DNA of 64,000 nt from Adineta vaga (taxonomy: Eukaryota; Animalia; Rotifera). Below, piece after piece: positions 1 through 14,436 of this stretch (position 1 is its first letter; each line of letters starts with the position of its first letter). Made by a program: the position numbers and the translations under genes. The notes beneath the pieces are model-generated. The model ran no database searches, was not told the DNA's origin, and saw nothing but the letters and a program-made list of their open reading frames with translations. The DNA lies in assembly GCA_021613535.1 (NCBI GenBank), contig CP075493.1, forward strand, positions 10,664,001 through 10,728,000, given 5' to 3'.

Positions 1-1544
1 ATAATGTGTTTGATCATCAATAGTACCAGGATCCAAAATAACAATAGTTCGCACACCTTCACTATTCAATTGAGCGAAATATTCTTTTAAACCGACAAAA
101 TTTTTTGGATCAATAGTAAAATCTTTTTCAGCATCCATATAATCAATATCAGCGTATTGAACATCAAGTGGAATACCAGCATCACGATTTCGTTTAACAA
201 TATTTTGCATATGAGTTAAATTTGAATAATCCCAACGTGAAAGTTGAAAACCAAGTGACCAATAAGGTGGTAAAATGGTACGACCAATAAGCCATGTATA
301 CTGTTGAACAACTTGTTCAGGTGTTGGTCCAAGAAAAACAAAGAAATCAAGTACACCACCAATTGTTCGCATGGTTAACGATGGTGTTGTTTCAAATGAA
401 TAATCCATAGCATTTGAATTAAGTAAAAGAACACCATGCATACGACCAGATGGAACTTCATTGGAATTTGCGACTTGTTCCATAACAAGATAGAATGGAT
501 GTGAACCATAATGATTAGCATTTGTATCCCAATTTGTTCCTGTAATAAGTGTGTATAAAGATTTACAGATCAATGTATCTTAACAAACCTTGATCACGTG
601 CAAATATTCCCCATGTTTTTCTTTCTTGAACATTATGTTTAAGTGTATCATGATTATTTTCTCCAAAACCATAGACATGTGGTGATTGAAGACGTGTAAC
701 TATTTGAAGAAATTGATTATTCAAAACAAGACCACCAAGTGATGTATCAAATAAAACAGCCTTATCATCTCGACGTAGAATCTTAAATGAAAGAGTATTA
801 TCACGTGAACTATCTGATGAATAACTAAATTCGTATTGTGGCGATGATACTTGAGCAGAGGCAGGTTTTAATGGTAAAGGTACCTAAAAAATTGTTTCGA
901 AAATATTTTCATTCAATTATCTTGACAAATTCTCATACTTCATATCGTTTATTATCGGCATCGTATAATTTAAATCGAATAATATCATTGGTATAATATT
1001 GCACATCAAGTAAAACATTTTCAATCGGTTGTTTAAACATACTACCAATAGCTGAATTACGTTTTAATCGTAATCTCAAACCATTTGTTATTTGCTCTTG
1101 AGAACCTTGCATTACATAACCATAATTGGGTGAAAGATAGCATTGTGGAACACCTTGCGGAGAATTATCATCATATAAACAATTACGAGCTAGACATGAT
1201 TGTTTAGAATAACTTGCATATTGTGAACCAGCATCAGGAAAACAATCAATTCGTTCATTTGCTCGTGTAATTTGTCTTCGTTTAGTTGCTGATGTTCGTG
1301 CAGATGTATCTGATATAATTACCACAAGTATTAGAAGACCGATGAATATACATGCCGATCGAACCATTCTTGTCGAACGACACCAACGCAATAGCTGTAC
1401 GACAAGAAAAAAGAATCAATGTAAAAATTAAATCGAGAAAAGATAGAAAATTCAAAAAATATTTATATAAAACAAATCATGAGAAGCAAACCAGATGACG
1501 CTCACCCTCCTCCGGGATTTTGGAATAAGACGTCGTAAATACAT
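1..1544 (-). CDS. GH31 alpha-glucosidase (maltase-glucoamylase/sucrase-isomaltase-like), type II membrane anchor plus trefoil domain; 3' part runs off the window
   Basis: Exon 1 1544-1506 (MYLRRLIPKSRRR) splices in phase to the ORF with TM segment and trefoil (RIDCFPD...C..RNCLYD...PQCY). Later exons give NLYGSHPFYLVME, HGVLLLNSNAMDY, RTIGGVLDFFVFLGP, PPYWSLGFQLSRWDY, IPLDVQYADIDYMD. Confidence 0.92.
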
Positions 1545-2898
1545 ATTAATAATGATAACAATGATGTTTGATAATAGATGTGCATGCTGCACTTCAAAAG
1601 TGCATCGAATAAAAAAATAATTAATTAGCTATTTTAATTGCTTTTATCTACAAATCAAATATGAGCAGATCTAGTTTAGCATTTTGATTTAAAATTGCAA
1701 CATAATCATATGGATAGTATTCTCATATACCTAATCATGACATTGATAATATTATGTCATCGAACGAAAGTACAAAATTTCAAGGGATTAAATAACTGCA
1801 ACCTTTAAAACTAAAAATATGTTTTTTGCTTATCTATGTAGAACTGATATTCATAAGAAAAACTACTGTTTATCTATATGCAGAATTAAAGATAATTCAA
1901 ATATTTTCAAAATTAAGTACACTTAGTTACCATGCATTGATTGCATGATTGGATTGATTAAAAAACGACACATCTGTTATTTCTACTTTTAGTTTCCGAA
2001 GCGATAACAAAAAGAAATGAATCAGACACACAATCACACTCCTTAGCATCATTTTACTACGTGCTTTATTATTACTGAAGCAAAAAACAATATTGATTAA
2101 GAAGCACAAAACAAACCTGATTTTTCTTTTGATCTTAATTCACTTCTCAACTGATTGAATCGTCTTCTACTTTTTATATACTGTGTGTGTGTTAATACTT
2201 TTGTCACTAAGGATTATTGTTAGTATCAATCTAATCCATATTTTTTGTTAAGGTTAACATTCTCTTTACAAAATGCATTTTGTTTTATTCGAAAAATAAC
2301 AACTAAGAGTAAAAAAACACCCGAAAATGTTTGATTTACTTCAGCATATCAACCTAAAAGATAAATGTTAATTTGTTTCATCTTTCGAATGAAAATAACT
2401 TTTTAAAGAGAACATACTTAAAATTGTTTGTTTATCTTTTTTTCTCTTCATTTCCAATCTATTGATTATTCAAATCAATAGTTACTGTGGAAATGATAAC
2501 CAAAAGTACCGTACGTATTACATTGTTAATTCGAAATAAACTTGATCTTTCATGCATGTACTACATCTTGAATGAATAGCGTTTAATAATAAATCATGAT
2601 AGGCAGCGATTGAGTTGAAATCGGGTTCGAGAAGAATAATACATTATTTCGCTTCCTGTTAAATGCTGATTGGATCACATAAATTGACCAATTAAAAACC
2701 ATTCGGAAACCTCAAACTGAATTCAAATTAAAACTAAGTAACTATAATAAGAATAAAAAAGAGTGACATCTAACGAATTTATCGATTTCGCATATGCACT
2801 ACATGATCAATAAGCACAAAGTTCTCAATGATCTGAATCATCTATTTACTATGTGTTCCATTCAATTTGGAAAAAAATGTATTGTTTATAATCTTCAT

Positions 2899-3863
2899 CT
2901 ATTTATTTGGTGTACATTCAAATGAAAGTTTTTTATAAGTATTTTCATCGATTTTGATAAAACATTTTTCTTTGAATGAGAACATATACACTTCTCCTTT
3001 GTAGATATCCGTCCATAATGCATGTACTTGAAGTTCTTTTCGATTAAGTCGATCTTTGAGAAAAGGATATGATAAAAAATGTCTCAATTGTTCCAATGTA
3101 TTGACCTACAATATATAGATATACTCTATTCTATATGGAAAAGAACTATTCAATGTAATATTACTTGAGATAATTTATCCGAACTTTTGAATTCATTATT
3201 AGGATCAATGTATGCTTCAAAATCATCTTCATGATGCTGTGCACTAGCAAATACAAGTTTTTGTCTATAATCACCAGATAATTCAAGTTTTTGAAATTGT
3301 TCAACAGTTCCTTTAGCATGAGTTTTAAGCCATTGTTCCAGTGGATTTTTCGATGGAATAGAGATTTCATTACGAATTCTATATAATAGGTTCATTGCTT
3401 TACAATCTGAATGACCAAAAACAGCAATAACAGGAACATTATTTCGTGAACAAGCTAATTCTAGTGCTGCACATTCACCACTAACAATACCATTCTTTTC
3501 GAAATAATCGTAAGATGGAACTAGATTACCTGAAGACATTGAATATTCATTGAGAATTAGAAAAAAAGGTAGAAAAGAAAATCATATTTTTACCAGGATT
3601 TCGAACAATAAATAATTGACCTGGTACAGCTTGAGTTAAACGAGATGCAACTACACGACTATCAACACATGTTAGAAGAAGACCTTCAGGCTAGTAGAAA
3701 CGAGTTCTTGTTTATGATGATTAAAAATGAAACTTCTTACAGAAGGTCCAAGTGCGACTTTTTTAAATTCTTCTAAGAGTGTCGGTCTCAATGTTTGACG
3801 ATATTGCATAATTCCATCGAGTATACGATTCATTCCTTTACGTACTGCATATGACATTGACAT
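2899..3863 (-). CDS. Beta-class carbonic anhydrase (4 exons)
   Basis: Spliced translation has LLLTCVDSRV (CxDxR), IVRNPGNLVP and GHSDC (HxxC), the beta-CA zinc-binding motifs. Confidence 0.93.
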
Positions 3864-4721
3864 TCTTATATCTAAAGAAAAGTTCTGTATTGATTAGTGG
3901 GTGTGGGTGGGTCACACTCACACCCTCAAGATTCGATAATGAAGATTTTATCTGATTATTATTAAAAAAATAAGCGATGTTATATTCATTAAATTCGATA
4001 TCATAATTTAAACATGTAAATCAATACAGAATAAATAGGTGAGTGCAGAATTTAGGTTACAAAGAGGAAACTATAGTACCAAAAGTAGAACATCAATCTT
4101 TTCACATGTTTAGATTGGATTATATTGCGTAACGAATAAAATTTATTTGAAAATCTCTCAACTAAATTTCAATTAAATTTCGTATTTGTCACAATGAAAA
4201 TAATTTATACAATTGAAATTAATCAAAATCATAGAGTATAGTTATCAAGAGCGACATCTAAGACAAAATCAAAAACATCGCTGTCTCTCCCAAACTCAAG
4301 TTTGATCTCTTCAATTCACGTCGAAAATTTCAACTCGAATATTCCATTAACACACACTATGTAACAATCGTTATTAAATATATATATATATATATACTCA
4401 TTTCCTGTCATGACATAAAAAGACTAACAAAAAGCGTATAGTGTATCATAGAAAATTCAATGTCATATGTGTGCTAAATCGGAGAAATCATGATTTATAT
4501 TCTATTAATGTATATACTACTCATTAAAAAGATTTGTTAACTTTGTGAAACAGAATGTTTTATTGAATTCATAATCAATTGACGCTGTGCTCTGCCCATA
4601 TATATGATAAAAAAGAAATAATCCACACATATGCACGTTTGTCAATAGTTCAATGACGTCAATAACACAGAATATTCTCAATCTCTCTTTCTCTCTTCTT
4701 TCTCTACATTCATTCGACACT

Positions 4722-5438
4722 ATGGGTAGTCGCAAATCAAAACATATTTCTCCCGTTACAAATCTAACTGATCAACAAGTCGCAAAAATCTGCCATGAAA
4801 CAAATCTCACTTGTACCGAAGTTCATCGTCAATATCTTGACTTTCGCGAACAATATCCAGATGGTCTGATTACACGTGAACAGTTTTATGAATGTCTCAA
4901 CGAAGTTTGGCCTGAAAGTCACATCGAGAAATTTGCATCACATCTCTTTGCTATCTTGTAAATCTCGAAATACTTTCAATGCAGTTATCATTTCGTATAC
5001 ATAATCACTATTTCTTTAACAGGGATCAAGATCACAATGGTGCAATTGATTTTATTGAATTCATCAGTTTAACACATAAACTAGATCCTAATTATATCAA
5101 TGATGAAAATATCTATCTTGCATTACTTTTTGATATGTTTGATCGTGATCATAATGGGTATGTTTTGTTCATCTTAGTGATTTTATTCTGTATGAATTGA
5201 TTGAAAAATTAGATATTTGGAAAAGCGTGAACTAAAGCCGTTGGTAGAATCGATCTATGATTTAGCTGGTTTGCCAGAAGATGAAAGACATGGAATGAAC
5301 TCCACTCATGCTCAAGTGAAACATTTGTTGAATAAACTGGACAAGAATGGTGATAAACGTTTGTCGAAAGAAGAGTTTCTGAATGAACAAACATGGGCAA
5401 ATGATGAACGACTTGGACATTTCTTTTTCAACTATTAA
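4722..5438 (+). CDS. Neuronal calcium sensor/recoverin-family EF-hand protein, copy A (3 exons)
   Basis: N-myristoylation start MGSRKSK; FREQYPDGLITREQF; EF-hand loops DQDHNGAIDFIEF, DRDHNGYLEKRE, DKNGDKRLSKEEF; two GT-AG introns. Confidence 0.9.
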
Positions 5439-6708
5439 TCAAGATGCAGATCATCAATTAGAAGATAATAAACCATTTTTCTGATCCATATAAATAAAAG
5501 TTGTCCCGTTTAGTTTTATATCGTTTTTCATCAATCTATGTATATTTAAAGGTTTCTGGACAGAAAGATTCTCAATATTCATACATTAATGCGCATGATA
5601 CAATACTTCTTCTAAATTACCTCGTTAGTGGCTGATTCTGTCGATAGATTATAAAAATTGTAAATAATTCTGCGCAAGAAATCCATAGAAGGATGAATGA
5701 GAAGCGAAGACGTATCTTTTGTATGCATATTTCTTTGATAAAAGAAATAGGGATTATATCTCTTTATAGGAAGAAAATTTTAGACTGTATGTCAAAGACA
5801 ATTGAATTATTCATTAATATTGGCAGTGTAGCAAAAGATAATACTGCATTGAAAATGAGTTTATGATTTCAACGTATTTTACATCTGTGATGTTTCATTT
5901 TATTCATCAGATTGGTCATATTCTAGAATTAGTATTTTCATTTTCTTGGTTTCTGTAAAACGATCGATTCAATAGTTATGGATGGGTTCTGTTAAGAATT
6001 TTCTTTAATCTCATAACGATGTCGTTCCATTGTGAATTTCATAATTCAATTCACTCAATAGAAAAGACATTTCTTCGTTGAGTCTATTGAAACTTCTCTC
6101 TATTTTATTCTAACATGGTTACTTTCGTATTTTTAGTTTGATATATGTTTTTTTCATCTAATATGAACAATAAACATGACAAGTAGTTCTTGTTCTATTT
6201 AGTAAGTTCATTTATATTATTACTGATCAATATCGACAATATTCGTATGGCTAATATTTCAGTACATATATATATATATATATATATATTCGACATCTTG
6301 TTGCTTTTAGTACAGTAATTATCTCTTATTCTTCCTTTTCAGTATAACGTTTTATTGTAATATGCATCGAAAAAATGTGTCGTCGAATTCACTCAAATTC
6401 TTTCATCCAGTGTGTTCTATGATCTTTTACGTTATATTCGAGTGCTTTGCAATAATTTAGAAACAGTAAGAGATCAGCATATATATTTTCACTTAAATCA
6501 CGAAACATAATGCAAATTAGTTTATGTAATATATCAAATGCATCGCAATGAATAAATTCAATAAAAAGAAACATTCATTTGACGCCATTATTCCCTCGAA
6601 CTATAATAAAGTTCCATATGCACGTTTGTCAATAGTTCAATGACGTCAATAACACAGAATATTCTCAATCTCTCTTTCTCTCTTCTTTCTCCACATTCAT
6701 TTGACACT

Positions 6709-7422
6709 ATGGGTAGTCGCAAATCAAAACATATTTCTCCCGTTACAAATCTAACTGATCAACAAGTCGCAAAAATCTGCCATGAAACAAATCTCACTTG
6801 TACCGAAGTTCATCGTCAATATCTTGACTTTCGTGAACAATATCCAGATGGTCTAATTACACGCGAACAGTTTTATGAATGTCTCAACGAAGTTTGGCCT
6901 GAAAGTCACATCGAAAAATTTGCATCACATCTCTTTGCTATCTTGTAAATCTCGAAATACTTTCAATGCAGTTATCATTTCGTATACATAATCACTATTT
7001 CTTTAACAGGGATCAAGATCACAATGGTGCAATTGATTTTATTGAATTCATCAGTTTAACACATAAACTAGATCCTAATTATATCAACGATGAAAATATC
7101 TATCTTGCATTACTTTTTGATATGTTTGATCGTGATCATAATGGGTATGTTTTGTTCATCTTAGTAATTTTATTCTGTATGAATTGATTGAAAAATTAGA
7201 TATTTGGAAAAGCGTGAACTAAAGCCGTTGGTAGAATCGATCTATGATTTAGCTGGTTTGCCAGAAGATGAAAGACATGGAATGAACTCCACTCATGCTC
7301 AAGTGAAACATTTGTTGAATAAACTGGACAAGAATGGTGATAAACGTTTGTCGAAAGAAGAGTTCCTGAATGAACAAACATGGGCGAATGATGAACGACT
7401 TGGACATTTCTTTTTTACGTAA
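6709..7422 (+). CDS. Neuronal calcium sensor/recoverin-family EF-hand protein, copy B (tandem duplicate)
   Basis: Near-identical to 4722-5438 at an offset of 1987 bp; differs only at the extreme C-terminus (FFFT vs FFFNY). Confidence 0.9.
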
Positions 7423-7859
7423 TATAACGTAAACAAATAAGACAACAAAATAAGAATTGTTCTAATATCAGTATATACTATCACTCTCTTTTCGTTGTTC
7501 AAAAGTCTTTACTCTGTGAAATCGTTCGAATAAAATGATAACACTTTATTCTTTTAGGTTTATAAATGATTGATGAAAAAATATAGACGTTTTGCGAATC
7601 AACCTTGCATGCACTCTGTTTTATAATAAAAGTGCATTGAATGCACAACGTTGACATGTGGAATGTGTGTACCTTCATATCAGTCAATAGTTTTACTAAT
7701 TAGCCTCACTTCCGTGACGTAATATTTCCCTCAAGCAGCCCTGTCAAAAGTCGTTCTGAACTTAACCATATGACTAAATTATTGTTGTCCTTGATTGAGA
7801 AAATATAATCTGTTTAAAAGGATTTGAATATCATTTAATATTGACATTATTCTACGATT

Positions 7860-9417
7860 CAATGTATAGTATAAGGTCTCGTCTTCAGTAATCAATAGAG
7901 CAATTCTATCTTGGATTTAGTTCTAACACCCTTCTAGACCTGAATCTACAATTCAGCGACAATGTAAATATTTAACTAATCCTTCACCAATATTCAAGTA
8001 TATTCTGGAACTTTCCATACTTTCCATTGGTCTCTCTCTCCTGTCACATTTTATGACGTCATGTTCTAGAATATTAGATTTCGCTTGTATATATAGATGA
8101 AAAGCCGTTCGTTGCCAGTTCATTTGTACTGCACCCGACTTCAAATTGTGGTAGAATTTGATTTCAGCTTTAAAACAATCTAGAAAGCATGGCTGATGAA
8201 TTTAATCGATACTATATCAAAATTCGAACTATTTTGGGAATAAATCCAAAAATAATTTTCGACGAACTTACGGAAGCATTGGGGCCTGATGGTGCATCAC
8301 ATCCAACAGTCAAGAGATAGGCGAGGCGTTCTCGTGAAGGAAGAGAAGATGTCAGTGATGATCTTCGATCTGGTCGTCCGATTTCAGTACTTACAGATGA
8401 AAATATTGTATGTGTTCGGCAGGTTATCGAAGATGATATTATGTCTGAGACTAGTTTATCTCGTGGTACAATAGAACGAATTATCCATGACCATTTAAAG
8501 ATGAGGAAAGTTGTATCACGTTGGGTCGCTCATCAACTCACTGAAGAACAAAAACAAAAAGGACTCTGAATTTGTCATCAAAATTTAGAAACATGGCGGT
8601 TATGCGATATTATTACGGGTGATGAGACATGGATTTATCACAGACAGATTGGTCGAAAGTTAAGCAATTCTACCTGGGTTAGCGAAAATGAACCACCAAG
8701 GTCCATTGTTCGTCGGAATAGATTTGAACCTAAATCGATGTTTTGCTTGCTCTTCAAATCCACTGGTCCTGTTCTTATACATAAAGTTGATAGAGGCAAG
8801 ACTATCAATCACACAATTATTATGTAGAGCACAGTCTCATACCTATTATCAATGATATAAGAAAAAAAAAGGAAATTCATCACGCACAAGTTATAAACTC
8901 CTTCATGATAATGGTTCTCCACATGCTTATCGAGATGTTGTTGATTATTTAACAGAGGAAGGCATCGAAATAATTCCACATCCGTCATATTCACCAGATC
9001 TTGCACCGTGTGACTTTTGGCTTAGTGATTATATCAACAGCAAGTTGGATGATCAAACAAATGAAGAATCGCTGGCTCAAGAGGTTTCCACCATAGTGAG
9101 AAATATTCCAACAAACGAGTTTAAAAAAACTTTTGATAAACTGTTAGAAGGGATGGAACTCTGTATAGAAAATAACGGTGACTACTTTGGGCATCTAATA
9201 AAATAAATCTACAAATATTTTTTCCTTTTCACATTCTAGTTTATGTGGTCAGAATCTTTTCTCAGCTATAACTATTATAAACTTAATCTAGAAGGGTGTT
9301 AGAACTAAATCCAAGATAGAATTGCTCTATTGATTACTGAAGGCGAGACCTTATACTATACATTGCCTTAATAAAATTTTTAACATCCGGATCAGAACTT
9401 TTGGTACGGCCTAAGTA
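7860..9417 (+). mobile_element. Degenerate mariner (Tc1/mariner DD34D) DNA transposon
   Basis: Transposase remnant at 8189-9205; 79-bp inverted repeat at 7860-7938/9287-9365; mariner-type terminus ...cagaacttttggtacggcctaag-TA at 9393-9417. Confidence 0.9.
8189..9205 (+). pseudogene. Mariner transposase pseudogene
   Basis: MADEFNRYYIKIRTILG..., DDLRSGRP, SRWVAHQLT, IITGDETWIY, HDN, YSPDLAPCDFWL, CIENNGDYF; in-frame stops (TAG ~8318, TGA ~8567) and frameshifts. Confidence 0.92.
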
Positions 9418-10046
9418 TTTAATCAAATTAAAATATAAATCTATACTGGATATTGAATTGAATTAGCTGAATTAAACTTTTAATCATATAGCGATGTCTA
9501 ACATCATTCGTTTTTTCCACTTTTTATTACTTTTGTTTACATTTATAAACTGTTTGATTTCTTTGGTGTATATTACCACATATTTTTTGTATTCATCTTC
9601 ATACTTTTCCACAAGTTTTCAAGTGTAAACATATACGATCAAGAAATATCTCAAAGAAATGTTAGTATCGTTTATCGTAGCGCAATCTCGTGAGCGATTT
9701 TCCTTCTCATTGCACTATATTTATTTTCTTATTCTGTTCTATCACTATATATATATACATATATGTATGCATTTTCTATACTCCTTATTCATTCGTTCTC
9801 GTTCAAATATAATATATGATTCTTCTCTCGTGTTGACCGATGAGAATACTACCACATTCAATGTGTTTTACAATTTCATATATTATTGTTGTATTGTTTA
9901 TGTACCTTGAAATCTTTTAACTTCTTATATTTAATTTTAGATATAAAGTTAAATAAATATATGATAACAAACTAGTGAACTGTTAGGTACTCGAAAAGGA
10001 TATATCTTGTGTATTCCAAAACTACCAAATCAATTAATAGCTACAA

Positions 10047-11941
10047 ATGAGTTTTGTTAAAGTTACGTCGTTATTGCTCCTCATCTTTGTCATTCAATGT
10101 GAGTGTCGATGCATTGATTGTGATTAGAAAAATAATATATTAACTTGATTTAAGGTAATGGCATGCCACGTTTTGCCAATTATATACAAGATCACATGGT
10201 ACTTCAACGTGCTCCACAAAGAGCAGTTGTTTGGGGATATGGAGATCCAGAAAAATTAACAATTCTTAAATTGAATAATAAAATTTATACAACAATAAGT
10301 GATGCAAAATCAATGAATGAACAAGATGAAAGTATTTGGTCAATCACACTGAATCCTGTTTATGACGAAGGACCATTTGATATTCATGTTTCACAACCAT
10401 TAACTAATGGAACACTTGTTACAATTACAATTCATGATGTTTTATTTGGAGATGTTTGGATTTGTTCTGGTCAATCAAATATGCAACTTACAGTCAGTCT
10501 CATTTATAATGCCACAGAAGAAATTGCTAATACAGATAAATATCCTAAAATTCGAGTGTTTACTGCTGCAGATGAATCATCAACAACACCGATTGAGGAC
10601 TTGAGAGGTATTCGATTAAATTGGTCAGTAGCCTCACCAAAAAATATCGGTGGGCCAGATTGGAATTATATGTCTGCTGTATGTTGGCTTTATGGTCGTA
10701 TGACACATGTTGCATTAGGTGGACGACCTATTGGACTTATTGCTACTACTGTCGGTGGAACACCTATTGAACTTTGGATGCCACCAAAAGCATTGCAAGA
10801 TTGCGAAATTCCAACGTTAGTTCTATAGTCCTATTATTTACATTATTTTTTTCATTTTCCGTTTAATTAGTGATATTGATGTGATAGTAAAACCATTCTA
10901 TTCATCTTCAATAGAAATACCTTATAATCATTCAAGTTTATTCAATGCTATGATTTATCCATTTATGCGTACAGTTATCTATGGAGTTATATGGTATCAA
11001 GGTGAATAAAGAACATTTTTTATCATATTATATATATATATATCTATACTTGATCTAAATGAAGGTGAAGCCAATCGAGACTATAATACAGATAAATATG
11101 CATGTTCATTTTCAAAATTGATACAATATTGGAGACAAATGTGGCATGAACGTACTGATGCTATCACAGACATTCAATTTCCTTTTGGATTTGTTCAAGT
11201 AAATTTTATTCATAATCATTTCAATGTTTCTTATTGTATTACATATTGATTGGTGTCTCTTTAGTTATCTACATTTGCAAATAACAGTAAATTCATTGGT
11301 AGTTATCCTGCAATTCGTTGGCATCAAACATTTGATATTGGTTATGTTCCGAATAGTGTCGTTCCAAAAGTGTTCATGGCTGTAACATTAGATTTACGTG
11401 ATGATCCGAATGGGTAATATCAAATATTTATTTTCTTTTCATTTTTTGTTATGATCTTACAATCTTATTTATATTTAGTGATCATCCTCGGTATAAACAT
11501 GATGTAGGTTATCGTCTATCACGATCAGGTCTTGCTATTGCTTATAATCAACAAATTGAATTCCAAGGTCCCATTGTACAAAGTGTCACTTATTCTATTG
11601 ACAGTAGAATAGTGAATATAACTTATACTGCTGTATCGAACATTGAAGTACGAAATCCAAATGGATTTGAAGTGTGCTGCCAAGGTAATAAATGTTCGAA
11701 TGATAGTTCATGGATTCCAGTAACTATTTCAAGTAAAATCGCATTAACAATCACTCTAACAATTTCCAGTTCATGTATTGGACAACAACTGTATGGCCTT
11801 CGATATCTATGGCGAGAAACACCATGTCCATTTAAACAGGCAGCTATCTATAGTTATACAGATTCGAATTTGCCTTCACCACCATATTTCAAACTATTTC
11901 AAACTGACAAAGAAGATCTTAAAAATAACTTTTTCATTTAA
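10047..11941 (+). CDS. SIAE: Sialate O-acetylesterase (SGNH hydrolase), secreted, 6 exons
   Basis: Signal-peptide exon at 10047; DHMVLQR, GDVWICSGQSNM, SAVCWLYG, GGTPIELW, GVIWYQGEAN, FPFGFVQL, HPRYKHDVGYRL, LRYLWRETPC. Confidence 0.9.
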
Positions 11942-12187
11942 AAATTTGAGAGATTTTCAGATTACAATAAATATCGTTAGTTTCCTGGCGGATCAGTTTT
12001 TTAAAAAATGTGTCGAAATCAATTCATTTAATACTTTTATTTTCTTTTTCTTTCAAATGATATATCCACAAAAATCGAATAATCGTATTGGAAAAAAAAA
12101 CGAATTCATTCTTTCATTCTCTAATACATACGCAAGATTAGAGTAAAAAATATACATAAAGATATCTGACTAGACGAGAGAAAAAAT

Positions 12188-14436
12188 TTACAATTTAAGT
12201 TGATCAAAATTCGGTAAATCGAACATTTCCAGCTGATCATTCTTCAATTTATATTCTTTACTTAGTTGTCTCATCAATTGTGGTGTCGATAATTGAGGAT
12301 TTGCTTGTTTCATTGCTTGAAAATTTTCTTTGACATATAAATTATATTTATTAGTCTTTTTTGGTGTTTGTTTCTCTTCTGTATTACCATTTATAATTAG
12401 ACAAAATTTTCCCATACATTTTCCACAAAAATCAACTTCTAAACTAAGTGATTTCGAATGTCGATAAACTTCATGTTGACATTGACTACATCGATAGACG
12501 AATTTATAAGTAACATCATACGTATGTCGAATTGATATTGGTGGAAGATATGGATACGATTTTTCAGCTTTACAAGTCCATTGTCGCCATAAAGGACCAT
12601 GACCATATTCCATAACACTATCAATGAGAGTTACAGCTGCATGACACATTTCATGCAGAAGTGTATCACGACAACGTTCTAGAAAGAAAATAAGAATGGT
12701 TTTTCTTCGGAAAGAATATGAAAGTTTCCTAACCTGGTGAATCACAAACTTTATGTGAAAGTGTAATTACAGCAGTACGCGTTGCTTTACGTGTCGTACA
12801 GTGACCTGCAGTAGCAGTAAGACGACCACTCCAAACAACCGTGACTTTATCAGTTAACTATAGAAATTCGAAGAAGTGAAATATCAAGTATAAATTCAAT
12901 TTACTTGTGATGAGAATACATCTTGATTAAACAGAGAGAATAATTTATCAGCTAATTCTTGTCGTTTTCCTTTAAGATTAAATCCTGTTTGAGTAAAATA
13001 TCTACATTACATAAAATAAGATTTTATTCTAATTACTTCTGGATGTAAAACGAGACAAAGAACATACGGCTGTGCATCTGGATGTTTGCTTTCAAATGGA
13101 ATAAGTTCAGCAAGTGATTGAAGAAAATTATATGGCATCTTTTTATCTTCATTTGGTACGAATAAACGACTATCAGTTGCAATTGAAGATGAAGAACTAG
13201 ATGATTGATCTGATGTATAAATTTCAGATTTTAAACGAATACTAAAAGAAAGATGGTTTTAAATGAAGTATTTGATTGAATGAACTTACGTATAATTCAA
13301 ACTTGTTGCTAATACATGATTTTTTTCATCGGAATCTTCAGATGTATAAACATCGGCAAGTCTATAATAGGAAAAAAACAATTCAATGCAAATGTATATT
13401 CTTTCAGTAAGATTACCGTTGCCATGTTGGATCATTTTGAATTAAATGATTCGATTGTGAAAGAATATTTGGTTGTTGTTCTTTAACAATTTCATCCGAC
13501 GAAGAGGAAGATTTGTCGATGAGATCTTTCAAACTATATAATTAGAAATACAATCAACACAGTTATTGTGATCTAAAGAACATTGGTTACCTATTTCGTT
13601 TCTTTCTTCGTCGTTGAATAGGTGTGATATTCTGTTGTTTGATTACCGTTGAAGTGCGATGTTCTTGTAAAACTAGAAAGTAAAACGAAATGTATCTAAT
13701 CAAAGAGAATGTGAAAAGTCGATGAAGAAGAAAAACTCTTTATGCGAACTATTGATTTTTTATATTGTATAATATTACATTGTTCAAAGACATGATCATC
13801 ATCAACGCTACTGTCAATTGCTCGTTGATTGTTGACAAAATCTCTAGAAAATATTAAAAAAAACAAAAACAATTGCAAATGCATAAGATTCATTCAATGT
13901 TGAATATTGAAGATGATGAAGAAAGAAAACAATCTGTACATACTTTCGTGATTGACGTGTTTGTATTTTTCGATTGACTTGACCGAGCGCAGTTGCTAAA
14001 TATGAAAAAAATGGCATTTATTTCCTCTTTGGACTTTAAGTATTATCGTACGTCTTTCTTCAGTTGTGCGTGAATTTGATGAGAATATTTCATTTGATAT
14101 GACGACATCTGTATCTATTTGATGTTGAACATTTTTCGTACATAATTTTCTCCATGGATTAGGACTAATTGGTTTTCCTGTAAAGGCATTGATGATAGTT
14201 TTAGAAATCTCTTTGGTAAATGTTCTATTATGTTCAGTTGATAACGGATGTTCATTATTTTGATTAATAAAGGAGATTTCTGAACTTGCACTAAAATTAT
14301 GTTGATTTTTATCAAATACGTCTGTATATGATTCTAATGAAGATTCAAAATCAGTCTTTTTCAATGGAATATCAATGATATCAATCGAAGATGATGTTGC
14401 AAAAGAGATATCTTCATGATGACAATCATCAGCCAT
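12188..14436 (-). CDS. GCNA: Germ cell nuclear antigen (GCNA/ACRC): acidic disordered N-terminus, SprT protease domain, Zn finger, HMG-like C-terminus
   Basis: VVWSGRLTATAGHC, RDTLLHEMCHAA (HExxH), HGPLWRQW, YRCSQC...RHSKS...CGKC, YNLYVKENFQAMK; Ser/Asp-rich multi-exon N-terminus. Confidence 0.85.

Noticed and set aside
7734-7765. Weak TIR-like sequence (gccctgtcaaaagtcgttctga) left of the mariner
   Set aside because: Only a partial match to the 9390-9415 terminus, and the intervening sequence does not align, so it was not used as the element boundary.
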